Below the pieces are notes generated by a model, which had not been told where the DNA came from, did no database searches, and saw nothing but the letters and a program-made list of their open reading frames with translations. The position numbers and the translations under genes are program-made. Shown piece after piece: positions 8,339 to 17,857 of a DNA stretch of 64,000 nt (within the stretch, counting starts at the first letter, position 1; each line of letters opens with the position of its first letter). The stretch is taken from the IMG/VR virus record IMGVR_UViG_3300034523_000174, positions 1 through 64,000 of that record. One strand, 5' to 3'. This DNA comes from a virus.

Positions 8339-9907
8339 ATGGCCAGGGCAGCGAAGAAAGAAAAACAGTTGGTGCTCGATGCCGATCCGCGCTGGCCCGC
8401 GTTCGTCCAGAGATATGCGTTTGAACAATACAAATTTGCCGTTGAAGTCTGCGGCATGGGTATTGTGGGCAAGCCCGTAACGCACCAGCAAAAGGAGCTG
8501 TTTGACGAGGCTTCGCCCTATGGCTGCCGGGTATCGGTAGCGTCTGGTCACGGTACTGGCAAGACTAGGAGTTTTGGCGTCATAGCGCTTTGGCACCTAC
8601 TCTGCTATCGCAACTCCAACACCTACATTACGGCGCCGAAACTCAAGACGGTGCGGGAGGGTGTGTGGAAGGAAATCACCACACTTAAGGCGCAGATCGA
8701 GAAAGGCCCGCACGCCTGGATTGCGCAGTACATCACCATTCAGGCCGAAAAGGTCTATATCAACACCAAGTCGGCTATCTGGTACGTCACCACCCGTACA
8801 GCGCCACGCGGCTCGCCTGAGAACCTGGCCGGTACCCACGGCGACTATCTGCTATGGATGGCGGACGAAGCGTCAGGCATCCCGGACGAAAACTTTGGCG
8901 TGATCGGTGGCGCCCTCACGGATCCGCGTAACCGTTTCATCATGGCCTCACAGCCTACGCGTAGCAGCGGGTTCTTTCGTGACTCACACCACAGTAAGAG
9001 CAAGCGCCAGGGTGGGGCGTGGACAAGCCTCACGTTCAGCTCCGAAGAAAGCACGCTCGTGGGTATCGAGTTCATCAAGGAAAAGCTCATTCAGTACGGT
9101 GGGCGCGATGAAATGGAATACCAGATCAAGGTCCGGGGCATGTTCCCGACCAATTCCAGCAAGTACCTACTAAGCCAGGCAGCCCTTGAGCGCGTCATTG
9201 AAGGCCCGAACGTCATTCTGCCGGGCGAGGCATACGGCCACCTGATCGTTGTCGACGTGGCGGCGGGCGTAGGGCGAGACAAGACCGTGGCCACGCATAT
9301 GAAGGTGATCGGCAACGGGGACCGGATGAGCGCAGACCGGCGCCGGATTGAGGTGGTCGCGGTACCGGTCTACACCAACACCGAGGATTGGACGCCGGTG
9401 GCGGTGAAGGTGCTGGACTACGCCGCGCAATTCTCAAACGTAACCATCATCGTCGACACCAACGGCATGGGTAATCAGTTCCTCAAGCGGCTGATAGAGC
9501 TGTCTGGCGGCGGTATCCATGCCAAGGGTGTGCGTTGGGGTGAATTGCCGTTCAGCAACGAATACCGCAAGCGATTCGTCAACCAGCGGGCGCAGAGCAC
9601 CGTGCACGCGGTAGAGGCGATCAAGGACTGTGTAGTACGCCTGTCGAGCCAGTACAAAAAGGATCTGATCGACCAGGGCAGCCGTATTCCTTACTTCCTG
9701 GATGAGCTTGGGCGGTACCACATCGCCCGCAAGCAGGATATGGCCGCCGAGGGTTTACCATCCCCCGACCTTTTGGACACCATCGCCATGGCCTTCCTTG
9801 AGTCTGCGGACTATGTGCCGGCGCAAGGAGAGGCAGTCAGTATCGGCACTGACCGTCGACAGGCCGCACTTGAGGCTGCTCGCGCGGCGCTGGCCGGCAT
9901 CACTTAA
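8339..9907 (+). CDS. terminase large subunit (PacB-like)
   Basis: Walker A SGHGTGKT; Walker B WMADEA; nuclease DVA.G.G.D and SPDLLD. Confidence 0.93.
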   Translation: MARAAKKEKQLVLDADPRWPAFVQRYAFEQYKFAVEVCGMGIVGKPVTHQQKELFDEASPYGCRVSVASGHGTGKTRSFGVIALWHLLCYRNSNTYITAPKLKTVREGVWKEITTLKAQIEKGPHAWIAQYITIQAEKVYINTKSAIWYVTTRTAPRGSPENLAGTHGDYLLWMADEASGIPDENFGVIGGALTDPRNRFIMASQPTRSSGFFRDSHHSKSKRQGGAWTSLTFSSEESTLVGIEFIKEKLIQYGGRDEMEYQIKVRGMFPTNSSKYLLSQAALERVIEGPNVILPGEAYGHLIVVDVAAGVGRDKTVATHMKVIGNGDRMSADRRRIEVVAVPVYTNTEDWTPVAVKVLDYAAQFSNVTIIVDTNGMGNQFLKRLIELSGGGIHAKGVRWGELPFSNEYRKRFVNQRAQSTVHAVEAIKDCVVRLSSQYKKDLIDQGSRIPYFLDELGRYHIARKQDMAAEGLPSPDLLDTIAMAFLESADYVPAQGEAVSIGTDRRQAALEAARAALAGIT

Positions 9908-9976
9908 AACAACGTTTTGATAATGTCTATTCCGCTGATATGCTGGCGCCTGCCCCACATATACGGAATAAAACTT

Positions 9977-10261
9977 ATGAGCATTGACGTAAATATCAAC
10001 GAGAAAAAAGCAGCATCCGTGATATCTCGCGGAATCCTTGGCGCCGTGAAGTGGATAGCTGCTTGGTATGCATTGGCCATGGTCGCGATTGCGGGCGCGC
10101 TCTATTCCATGGGCGGCGATTCAACCGATGGGGCTACCCGCTCCAATATGAAACTGCACACGGATGCTATGACCGGCTGCCAGTACCTGAGCGTGGCCGG
10201 CGGTGGGATCACGCCACGCCTGAGCGCCAGCGGCGCCCACATCTGTGATCGTCCGCAATGA
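9977..10261 (+). CDS. small membrane-anchored protein
   Basis: One TM helix; D..TGCQYL...GGITPRL motif. Confidence 0.7.
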   Translation: MSIDVNINEKKAASVISRGILGAVKWIAAWYALAMVAIAGALYSMGGDSTDGATRSNMKLHTDAMTGCQYLSVAGGGITPRLSASGAHICDRPQ

Positions 10262-10521
10262 AAGCCATGATCTGCCGTAAATCAATGAATTCATGCCAGA
10301 CGCCGGGTATGTGCTCGCCCCATGGTGGGTGTCCGGATCCTATCGCCGCTCCTGTCGCTGGCGAGCTTTCTTTCGTGCTGGAGGGCATCGGTTTCGACGG
10401 GATGCCTCTGGCGCGTGTAGCCCAGTACATGACGACGCTCGCTGAGCTGGTAGGTGATACGGCGGTGTTTGTCCGCATGACCAATAACGCAATCGTGTTC
10501 GTCGATGGTGGCGCGCAATGA
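10258..10521 (+). CDS. hypothetical protein
   Basis: ATGA coupling. Confidence 0.65.
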   Translation: MKAMICRKSMNSCQTPGMCSPHGGCPDPIAAPVAGELSFVLEGIGFDGMPLARVAQYMTTLAELVGDTAVFVRMTNNAIVFVDGGAQ

Positions 10522-10703
10522 GTGAGGAAGCACTGGCTTACCTGATCATCGGCTACTTGGCCGGCTGTAGCGTCACCCTGATGTCCATGGACATGCCGCG
10601 CCATGAAACCTACCTGTTTCGCCGGATCGCCGTGTGGCCGCTGTACTGGGCCTATCTGCTGGTGAAGATGGGTTTCATGCTGGCGAATGAGGTGCGACGA
10701 TGA
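10518..10703 (+). CDS. small membrane protein
   Basis: ATGA coupling; two hydrophobic segments. Confidence 0.65.
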   Translation: MSEEALAYLIIGYLAGCSVTLMSMDMPRHETYLFRRIAVWPLYWAYLLVKMGFMLANEVRR

Positions 10704-11089
10704 ACCTGCGCCCGATCAATGCTACAGCCGCCCGCGTGGTGTCAACTGGCACTCACTACACGCCGAACAAGCGCCACGGCTCACAGGTTTTCGACGTGCG
10801 CCCACCGATCCGCCAAGAGACGCGCCGGGATAGAAGTGTGCCGGGCTATAGAAACCTCTCAGGCGTTCGCCGTGGTCGCCTGGTCGCTGTGGGCTTGGCT
10901 GAGAGCGCGGGCATCAAGTGGGTAATGCGGTGCGATTGCGGCTCCTACGTCATTCGAACCAATAAGGCCGTCTGCAATGAGGCGAACGGCGCCGACGCCT
11001 GCGAAGAGTGCCGACACCTCCTGTACCTCAAGCGCAATGAGCTTCACCGCCGCACCGGCAAAGATGCCGACCTGAAAACCTTTATCTGA
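10700..11089 (+). CDS. Zn-binding hypothetical protein (GRL.....W..RCDCG...CxxC)
   Basis: ATGA coupling; motif resembles the N-terminal module of some phage HNH proteins. Confidence 0.7.
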   Translation: MNLRPINATAARVVSTGTHYTPNKRHGSQVFDVRPPIRQETRRDRSVPGYRNLSGVRRGRLVAVGLAESAGIKWVMRCDCGSYVIRTNKAVCNEANGADACEECRHLLYLKRNELHRRTGKDADLKTFI

Positions 11090-11115
11090 ATATCTGGAAC
11101 CAAGGAGCAGACGCT

Positions 11116-11370
11116 GTGAAGACTCGATTTACTTGGAAGTTGGTAGCAAAGGCAGTGGCAACAGGGCCGATTGATTCCGATTTGCGCGCCAATGCGTGGG
11201 AGGGGTCCAAGCTTCTGTTCAACTCATTGCTGGCGCTTATTTTGCGTACCGTGATGCTGATTGCGTTCCCAGTGTCCGTACCGGCGCTGGTGTATGGGCT
11301 CCGTCGTTATGAGCGCCAGCGGGCCGCGACCATTGAAGCCCGGCGCGCTGCAAGGGAGGCCGACGTATGA
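11116..11370 (+). CDS. small membrane protein
   Basis: AAGGAG RBS; TM segment. Confidence 0.7.
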   Translation: MKTRFTWKLVAKAVATGPIDSDLRANAWEGSKLLFNSLLALILRTVMLIAFPVSVPALVYGLRRYERQRAATIEARRAAREADV

Positions 11371-11870
11371 AGCGTGACAAGTCAATCCAGGCAGTGATCC
11401 GCCGCGCCCGTGCACAGGGCCGCGCCGAGGCCGTGACGATCATCGCCCGCCTTTGCCCGGATGACGACATAGATGGGCTGGTGCGCTGCTCCCCCAACGG
11501 TGAGTCAGGCGACTACAGCAGCTATTGGGACGTGGACGCGCTGCGCAAGCTCCTGTGTGCCGATACTGAGGTGTGCGACAAGATCGACCGCCTGCAAGGG
11601 GCGCATGAGTTTACGCATTACCTCAAGTACGACCTCAAGAGAGCCTGTGAAGCACTGACGGAGGCGCAGACCGATGCGGCCAGGTTCAAATGTGTCACTG
11701 AGGACATGCTGTCAGACCTGGCGCGGCGCTACAGCAGCGACGTGTCTGATGATCTGGCGGACGTGCTAAAGGCGCTCGATTCGGCCATTGCGCTTAAGAG
11801 CCAGCGCGCAACCCCAGTCTTCTACCCAACGCCCGCGAATCTGGAGTACTGGAAAGCGATCAGCGAGTAG
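11367..11870 (+). CDS. hypothetical protein
   Basis: ATGA coupling; GGGAGG RBS. Confidence 0.7.
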   Translation: MKRDKSIQAVIRRARAQGRAEAVTIIARLCPDDDIDGLVRCSPNGESGDYSSYWDVDALRKLLCADTEVCDKIDRLQGAHEFTHYLKYDLKRACEALTEAQTDAARFKCVTEDMLSDLARRYSSDVSDDLADVLKALDSAIALKSQRATPVFYPTPANLEYWKAISE

Positions 11871-12047
11871 CGTGGCGCTTGTTCAGGTCGCTGTCAGTGT
11901 CGATCACGCACTATGCCAAGTAGTTGAAGGTGATGCGCCTACCCGCTACGGTGGGACTGCTACCGCGACATGATGTTATTAAGTCTGATCAACAGATTCA
12001 CTGTAATGGCGTTTTAGAATCATAAAGGTCGTTTTTCGCCCGAAAAA

Positions 12048-12059
12048 ATGTATAGGGAT
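12048..12059 (+). promoter_or_regulatory. operator ATGTATAGGGAT
   Basis: Exact copy of the 12-mer, in an AT-rich intergenic region. Confidence 0.6.
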
Positions 12060-12114
12060 GCTTTTTTGGAGCCCCCGAAGTCAAAACCAGTAAAACAGAG
12101 AAGGATCTATCCTG

Positions 12115-12504
12115 ATGATTTTGAAAGCGTTCAGGGATGCACGATTTCAGTACGTCAAAGCCCGCGACTTCGCAGCGTTCAAGGCAGATAGCAAGTACGT
12201 TATAGGCATTACGCCAGACGGCCGGGAATGGCTGCTGGATGAGGGAACGACACTCAAGTCTATCGAGGCGGTGTTGCTGGATCTGGTGCGCCTCAATCGT
12301 GGCGTGCTGGTGAAGCGTAGCCGGGTCACCGAACTGATTCGCACCAAGACCGGGAATAACGTCGCTATCACGGTGATGACGACGGTGGGCGAGTTCAAGT
12401 TGGCGCGCCGTAACTGCGTGCAATCGATAGTCGAGATTATTGAGCACAATTTAAGGCGCGCCAGCGCCCGCACTTACCCCATGGAATCGCCAGATGAGCT
12501 TTGA
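12115..12504 (+). CDS. stand-alone LytTR DNA-binding domain protein, AlgR-like
   Basis: FKADSKYV...GREWLLDE..LKSIE...VRLNRGVLV.R.R...L.RT..G...L.RR aligns by eye with the AlgR LytTR domain. Confidence 0.8.
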   Translation: MILKAFRDARFQYVKARDFAAFKADSKYVIGITPDGREWLLDEGTTLKSIEAVLLDLVRLNRGVLVKRSRVTELIRTKTGNNVAITVMTTVGEFKLARRNCVQSIVEIIEHNLRRASARTYPMESPDEL

Positions 12505-12964
12505 AGACAAAACCCCGGATCTTTCGGGGCTGATATCGCCAATACCCACAGAAACGCCTGAGCAGGCCCGTGACGCCCTCATAGAGAAGGTAATGGCCAG
12601 CCAGCAGGCACTCGCCGCGCAATTCAGCAAGATCGATCACCCGTATGCGAGTGATGATGCGAAAGACGATTACGAGCTGGCCGCCGAAGAGTTCCAGGCG
12701 TTGATTAAGTGCGTGGTGCACATGCCTCAGTCAGTTGAGGGAATTCGCTTTCTTGAGGGCTGGCACGCCAACCGTATGGGGCAAATCGATACGCTGTTGA
12801 AGCATGCCAAGCCTGGCAATCTGATCGAGATTGGCGAAGGTAACGGCTCGGCGCCAATGAGCGATGACTTTGCCCAAGGGATGCGCGCTGCCCTGATGGT
12901 AGTCCGGGCGATGTTCGCGAAATTCCCGCTTGAGCTGAGCGTGAGTGAAGAGCCCGAGGAATAG
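12494..12964 (+). CDS. hypothetical protein
   Basis: Overlaps the upstream gene; followed by a terminator. Confidence 0.7.
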   Translation: MSFEDKTPDLSGLISPIPTETPEQARDALIEKVMASQQALAAQFSKIDHPYASDDAKDDYELAAEEFQALIKCVVHMPQSVEGIRFLEGWHANRMGQIDTLLKHAKPGNLIEIGEGNGSAPMSDDFAQGMRAALMVVRAMFAKFPLELSVSEEPEE

Positions 12965-12981
12965 CCGCCGCAGTGATACGC

Positions 12982-13011
12982 AAGCCCGCCCACAAGGCGG
13001 GTTTTGCTTTT
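12982..13011 (+). terminator. intrinsic terminator
   Basis: GCCCGCC-CACAA-GGCGGGT plus T-rich tail. Confidence 0.65.
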
Positions 13012-13066
13012 CTGTTATGCTGAATAAATCTTATAAATGTCAGTCTCTTAACTCAGGGTGGGGCGA

Positions 13067-13291
13067 ATGGAAGTAGCAAGATTGGTTGAGCTGTTGGGTA
13101 ACAAGAAGGCGGTTGCTGAGGCGCTGGGCCTGGCTTACCAAACCGTTTATTGCTGGGGTAAGGACGTACCGCCGAAACAACTCGCGGCTGTTATCGTGGC
13201 GCTTGAGACGAAGAGCGTAGAGGCTATGGAGCACTCCAAATTGCTGGCGCGTGAAGCCAAGGCGCTGCGCATCAAGCTCACCACTGAATAA
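13067..13291 (+). CDS. Cro-like HTH protein
   Basis: LGNKKAVAEALGLAYQTVYCWGKDVP. Confidence 0.75.
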   Translation: MEVARLVELLGNKKAVAEALGLAYQTVYCWGKDVPPKQLAAVIVALETKSVEAMEHSKLLAREAKALRIKLTTE

Positions 13292-13316
13292 CCGCTGTCC
13301 AAGCCTTCGCCAGCAT

Positions 13317-13357
13317 GCAAACCCGGAATCTCTCCCCATTCCCCCGCGTGTGAAACT
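13317..13357 (+). promoter_or_regulatory. putative late promoter (GCAAACC-N28-GAAACT)
   Basis: Fixed-spacing motif. Confidence 0.55.
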
Positions 13358-13386
13358 GCCACCCTGGTTATCTATGGGGTGCGGAC

Positions 13387-13683
13387 ATGATCGAAGAGTC
13401 ACGGTTTTATCGAGAGCTACGGCGGTTCGCCACCACTGAGCCGAGCTATTCCCCCAATTGCCAAGTCATTCGTACCGTCCCTACCGACCGTTTCAATCTG
13501 TCGGCGGTGGCGCGGCGGGCGTTTGGGGACGCCACGGAAACACGGGTGATATTGGCCGCTGCGGGTCTGTCCAACGTAGACGCCCCCCTCAAGGAGCAAG
13601 ACCTTGTGCTGCCTACCGTTGCGTACCTGCGCTACCTGAAAGAGAAGTGCGGGATTACCACAGCGGTTAGGACGGTTCGGTAA
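13387..13683 (+). CDS. baseplate/tail protein, LysM/tail-X-like (P1 gp26-like by synteny)
   Basis: L..VARRAFGD....VILAAAG...L.LP pattern. Confidence 0.6.
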   Translation: MIEESRFYRELRRFATTEPSYSPNCQVIRTVPTDRFNLSAVARRAFGDATETRVILAAAGLSNVDAPLKEQDLVLPTVAYLRYLKEKCGITTAVRTVR

Positions 13684-14756
13684 TGGCTGGCCAGGACCAG
13701 GGCGCCAACATCGTCCAGGACGCGCGCAAGTCAGCCAAGCAGGCCCGTGAGGCGTTTGAGTTCGATCTAAAGCGCCGCCTCGGGGATCAAGCTAAGATCC
13801 TTTCCGCCGACGATATGGGTGGTCTGTACGAGCCTAAGCGGGCGCTGTTCACGACGATTGACGGCAAGCCCCGGATGCTCACGTTTGACGACATCCTGGC
13901 ATTCAAGGCCGCCGTCAAAGACATTCAGCGCATGCACGGCCAGCATGGCAAACAGGCGTCCGGCGGGATCCTGGTCAAGAAGGTGATCGACCTGGCCACT
14001 CCCCAAGATCGGGAGCGCGCCAACAAACAAATCCATACGGCATTTCCCGTAGTCGACCGTGGCGGCGGCGTGGTGCAGTTCCAGACCAATGCTGGGCCAA
14101 ACTCCGACGTATCGCGGCACACGGTTATGGTGCAGTTCCTCAGCTATGACACCGCGCTGTCGGGGGGCGATTCGGCCGCCAACGCCGCCAAGCTGCTGGC
14201 GCGCGGTAAGGTCAAATACGATTGCGACTGCAACCGCCACACTTTCTGGTTTCGCTACATCGCCAGCATTGGCAACTTCAACTATGGGCGCGCCGAGGAC
14301 GGTTTCCCGCGCATCCGTAACCCCAAGCTGTACGGGGTGGCCTGCAAGCACGTCGTAAAGGTCATGGGCATGCTGGGTCACGCTGGCACGTTCAGCAACT
14401 TCGCCCGCCGCATGATCGAGCACGGGCGCAAAACGCTGAGCGGAAAGCAAAAGGTCATGACCGTGAAAGAGCAGCAGGCGTTTATCGACAATGCCGCCAA
14501 AGCTCGCAAGCGCGACCGCACCATAAAAACCACTGAAGAGCGGCGCCTGGAGCGCGCAGCGCAGCCCGCACAGCAGCGCAAGGCCGCCGAAGCTGCCAAG
14601 GTCCGGGCCGCGAACGAATCGCTGCGCAAGACACACGCCGCCAAGGTCAATAAGCCCGTGCCACTGGATAAGAAAATCAAGGCCATGATGAAGCTGGGCT
14701 ATTCCGAACAAGCCGCGCGGATCGCCATCACCGCCGCCGACAACGCACAGGGTTAA
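13683..14756 (+). CDS. SWIM Zn-finger morphogenesis protein (P1 gp25-like by synteny)
   Basis: CDC.RH...RNP.L.GVACKH. Confidence 0.6.
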   Translation: MAGQDQGANIVQDARKSAKQAREAFEFDLKRRLGDQAKILSADDMGGLYEPKRALFTTIDGKPRMLTFDDILAFKAAVKDIQRMHGQHGKQASGGILVKKVIDLATPQDRERANKQIHTAFPVVDRGGGVVQFQTNAGPNSDVSRHTVMVQFLSYDTALSGGDSAANAAKLLARGKVKYDCDCNRHTFWFRYIASIGNFNYGRAEDGFPRIRNPKLYGVACKHVVKVMGMLGHAGTFSNFARRMIEHGRKTLSGKQKVMTVKEQQAFIDNAAKARKRDRTIKTTEERRLERAAQPAQQRKAAEAAKVRAANESLRKTHAAKVNKPVPLDKKIKAMMKLGYSEQAARIAITAADNAQG

Positions 14757-14759
14757 GAC

Positions 14760-15269
14760 ATGCTCAATAACGTCGCAATTCAGATCAACCGGGCCAACCG
14801 CCAGCGCACGCTACGCGAGCCCAATGCTATCGACTGCGTGCTGTTCTCCAAACAGGTCGACCGGGAGTCAGATAGCGCCAGCGTCGACGGCTACCCCACG
14901 CTGGGTGGCGCTGGCGTGATGAGCGATGAGGATGAGGTGAACTATTCGTGGGTGTACGCCTGTGACGCCAAGATCCACTTCGCCCAAGGCTTCGCCGCGC
15001 CACTGGGCAACACCGCCGACAATGGCGGGCGCCTGGATTACCCCGAGGGCGTGACTGAGGCGTCTATCGAGCCAATCCTTGAGCCAGGCGCCGAGGGTTA
15101 CGTGCAGCCAGCCAAGCGGATGCTGGTGGCCTTGCTGATGGGTGACGGCCTGATCATCAATTACGAGATTGTCGATGTGACCGGCAACGTGAACATTCCG
15201 CCGTATACCCGCAAGTACCTGGTCAACCCGCGCCCTGATGAGGAAGTAACCGGCGACCTGGAACCGTAA
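14760..15269 (+). CDS. virion morphogenesis protein (head-tail region)
   Basis: Late operon position; acidic 169 aa. Confidence 0.55.
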   Translation: MLNNVAIQINRANRQRTLREPNAIDCVLFSKQVDRESDSASVDGYPTLGGAGVMSDEDEVNYSWVYACDAKIHFAQGFAAPLGNTADNGGRLDYPEGVTEASIEPILEPGAEGYVQPAKRMLVALLMGDGLIINYEIVDVTGNVNIPPYTRKYLVNPRPDEEVTGDLEP

Positions 15270-15290
15270 CGCGCACGTCCTCCATATGGT

Positions 15291-15331
15291 GCAAAGCCCC
15301 TCCCGGAAGGGCTAAAAACCGCCTGTACGCT
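15291..15331 (+). promoter_or_regulatory. putative late promoter (GCAAAGC-N28-TACGCT)
   Basis: Fixed-spacing motif with internal hairpin AGCCC...GGGCT. Confidence 0.6.
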
Positions 15332-15362
15332 GACCGATAAATGGGACTAATGCGTACAGACA

Positions 15363-16955
15363 ATGGCCGACGAAAAGAAACCGAAAAAAAGCCTGATGGG
15401 GTCGCTCGCCGGCGCCACCAAGCTTTTGCTGGGCGAGGTGAGTACCGCGCCCGATATCCGGATGGAAGGGATCAGCACGTTTGACGCCGATTACGTCGGC
15501 ATTGAAATGCTGCTTGGGTCTAGCGAGCGCCCGGCCCGGTCACGTTCTGCGATCTATCAGAAGTGGCATTACATGATTCAGGACGGGCTGATCAGCACCA
15601 TCCTGCGCTTGCATGTACAGATGGCGCTGGGCGGCCATGAAACAACCGGGGAAACGATCTTTATCGAAGCCAAGCCCGGTATCTCGGCGGCCGATCAGAA
15701 GGCTGTCGATGAGCTGCAATTTATCGCCAAAATTCTCAACAAGCACGCCCACGGCATTTGCTTCAACGCCTGCGCGTTCGGTGACGCCTACGCCCGTCTG
15801 TATACCGAGAAAGGCATAGGCCTGATCACCATCGACACGGAGTCGGTGTTTTCGCCGCTTGTGCAGGCCTTCGAAGAGATTGGCCATACCGTGGGCTACG
15901 TGGTCAGCATTGGGTCGAAGCTACAGAGCCGGTTCAACCATCTAAAAATGTGCCGTATGCGGATGCCGCGCATGGTGTACCTGCCTCAGATGCGCGCGGT
16001 AGAGAACGCCCAAAAGATCAACCTGGAAGCCGACACCGCTGATCACCTGGTGCCATTGCCAGCGCTGGTGGGCGGCTCGTTCCTGGAAGCGGCCGAAACG
16101 GACTACGACAACCTGCTGTCTTCCCTGCGCGGGATGATCGGCCAGCGTATTACCGGATCGATTGACGAAACGATGATCGGCGCCAACCTCTCCGACATGA
16201 CGGCGCAGCAACAGAAGCTGTTCATGGATTCGCTCGAAAAGATGCTCAAGAGCATGAAGGATCGGGCCGAGGAAGCGGTGCGCACAGGCACCTACGCTAC
16301 TTCGCGAAACTTCCATGTCATGCCGACCTTCAACGAAAAGCAGCTGACGCAAATCAGCTCGTTTCAGGGCGGCTCAAATTCCGGCGCCGGCGCCAACATC
16401 GAAGACGTGATGTTTTGCGCCCGCAAACTGGCGGGCACGCTGGGCATTGACCTGTCGATGGTGGGCTTTGCTGACCAAATGACCGGTGGCCTTGGCGAGG
16501 GTGGGTTTAACCGCACCAGCAGCCAGGCTGCTGAGCGCTCACGGATCATCCGTACTGCTTTCATGAGCATGGTCAATGACGTGATCGACCGCCACAAGCT
16601 GGCCAAAGACGGCAAGGTGTGGGCGGACGATGAGCGCCCGTATGCCGTGAATTTCTTCGGCTCCATCGCCGCGCTTGAGGCTGAGAAACAGGCCAGCCGT
16701 GAGCGATCGATCAACGGCGGCGTGATGCTGCTCCAGGGTATGGACCTGATGCGCAACATGGGATTGCCCGTGGATGTGATGGAGCAGTTCATGTCCGGAT
16801 CTATGGAAATCGACGCCGACAAAGCCAAGGTTTATGCCAAGGGGATCAAGGATGCAAAACCGCCTGCGCCAGACATGGGCGGCGGGAACTTCGGTGGTGA
16901 TGACAACGAGCCGCCATTACTACCGAACGGCACTACAGATAATGGGGAAGAGTGA
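15363..16955 (+). CDS. portal protein (P1 Prt-like)
   Basis: 530 aa; FGDAYAR and GGLGEGG motifs; precedes the protease as in P1 prt-pro. Confidence 0.8.
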   Translation: MADEKKPKKSLMGSLAGATKLLLGEVSTAPDIRMEGISTFDADYVGIEMLLGSSERPARSRSAIYQKWHYMIQDGLISTILRLHVQMALGGHETTGETIFIEAKPGISAADQKAVDELQFIAKILNKHAHGICFNACAFGDAYARLYTEKGIGLITIDTESVFSPLVQAFEEIGHTVGYVVSIGSKLQSRFNHLKMCRMRMPRMVYLPQMRAVENAQKINLEADTADHLVPLPALVGGSFLEAAETDYDNLLSSLRGMIGQRITGSIDETMIGANLSDMTAQQQKLFMDSLEKMLKSMKDRAEEAVRTGTYATSRNFHVMPTFNEKQLTQISSFQGGSNSGAGANIEDVMFCARKLAGTLGIDLSMVGFADQMTGGLGEGGFNRTSSQAAERSRIIRTAFMSMVNDVIDRHKLAKDGKVWADDERPYAVNFFGSIAALEAEKQASRERSINGGVMLLQGMDLMRNMGLPVDVMEQFMSGSMEIDADKAKVYAKGIKDAKPPAPDMGGGNFGGDDNEPPLLPNGTTDNGEE

Positions 16956-17857
16956 TCATGCGTAAGCGCACAGGGGTTATCAGTTACAACGTGAACGAGC
17001 GCGGGCGCCAATTCGCCGGCCAAGATCGCAAAGTCAACATTCCGGCGCTGATGGCGCTGATCAACGGCCCGATGGTGCAGGAGTTAGTGCGCAAAGGGGA
17101 CGTGTATGGGTACTTCGGCCATACGTTCCGCGAGAAATACGGCCTCAACGTGCCGGAAACAGTCATTGAGGGCGGAAAAGTGGTGGTGCTGGAGCCCACT
17201 GTGCGCACGGTGATGATCAAGTGTCTGCCAGACGGCACCATCCAGCATAACCAAGAGTTTTTGAACAACGCGCCGGGGCGTATCGCTGGCCGCCTGTACG
17301 ACAGCAAGGCCTATGGGTTCAGTTCGGTGTTCCATGCCCCCGAAGAAGCTGGCCTACGCACGCCCAAGACATTCCACGGTATGGATTTTGTCAGAACCCC
17401 GAACTACGACACGAACCGGGGCTATGACGCCATGCTGGATAGTGTCGAGGCGGGCGCCATTGAGTCGCTGGGCTTCGCGGGCGAGTGCGCTGCCATGATG
17501 GACAGCGTAGAGGCGATGATGGCGCAGAGCGATGCACAGGCGGCAGAAATCAGTGAAGCCTACCTTCACCAGTGCAAAGTAAACGATGACCTGGTGGACC
17601 TCAACGCTCGCCTGATGCTGCGCCTACAGAAGGCTGGCACGGGCGCCATGCTCGACAGCGCCGATCCGACCACACTTCAGCGCGGTTCGGAGTTCCTGCC
17701 AAGCCGTGCGGCGGCCATGCTCGACAGCGCCGACCGCTTCATGAAAGCCGACCTGCCAGACCTTGAGCCGTCGCCCGAGGAAGTCGCCACCGAGAAGAAA
17801 GCCGGCGTCCTGGCCAAAAGCGTGGATCTGGTGCGTAAAGTGATCGGGGGGGTGTAA
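16952..17857 (+). CDS. prohead processing protease (P1 Pro-like)
   Basis: GYFGH, GFSS and GMDFV..PNY catalytic-like motifs; C-terminal region has 4 x AM(L/M)DS. Confidence 0.8.
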   Translation: MIMRKRTGVISYNVNERGRQFAGQDRKVNIPALMALINGPMVQELVRKGDVYGYFGHTFREKYGLNVPETVIEGGKVVVLEPTVRTVMIKCLPDGTIQHNQEFLNNAPGRIAGRLYDSKAYGFSSVFHAPEEAGLRTPKTFHGMDFVRTPNYDTNRGYDAMLDSVEAGAIESLGFAGECAAMMDSVEAMMAQSDAQAAEISEAYLHQCKVNDDLVDLNARLMLRLQKAGTGAMLDSADPTTLQRGSEFLPSRAAAMLDSADRFMKADLPDLEPSPEEVATEKKAGVLAKSVDLVRKVIGGV

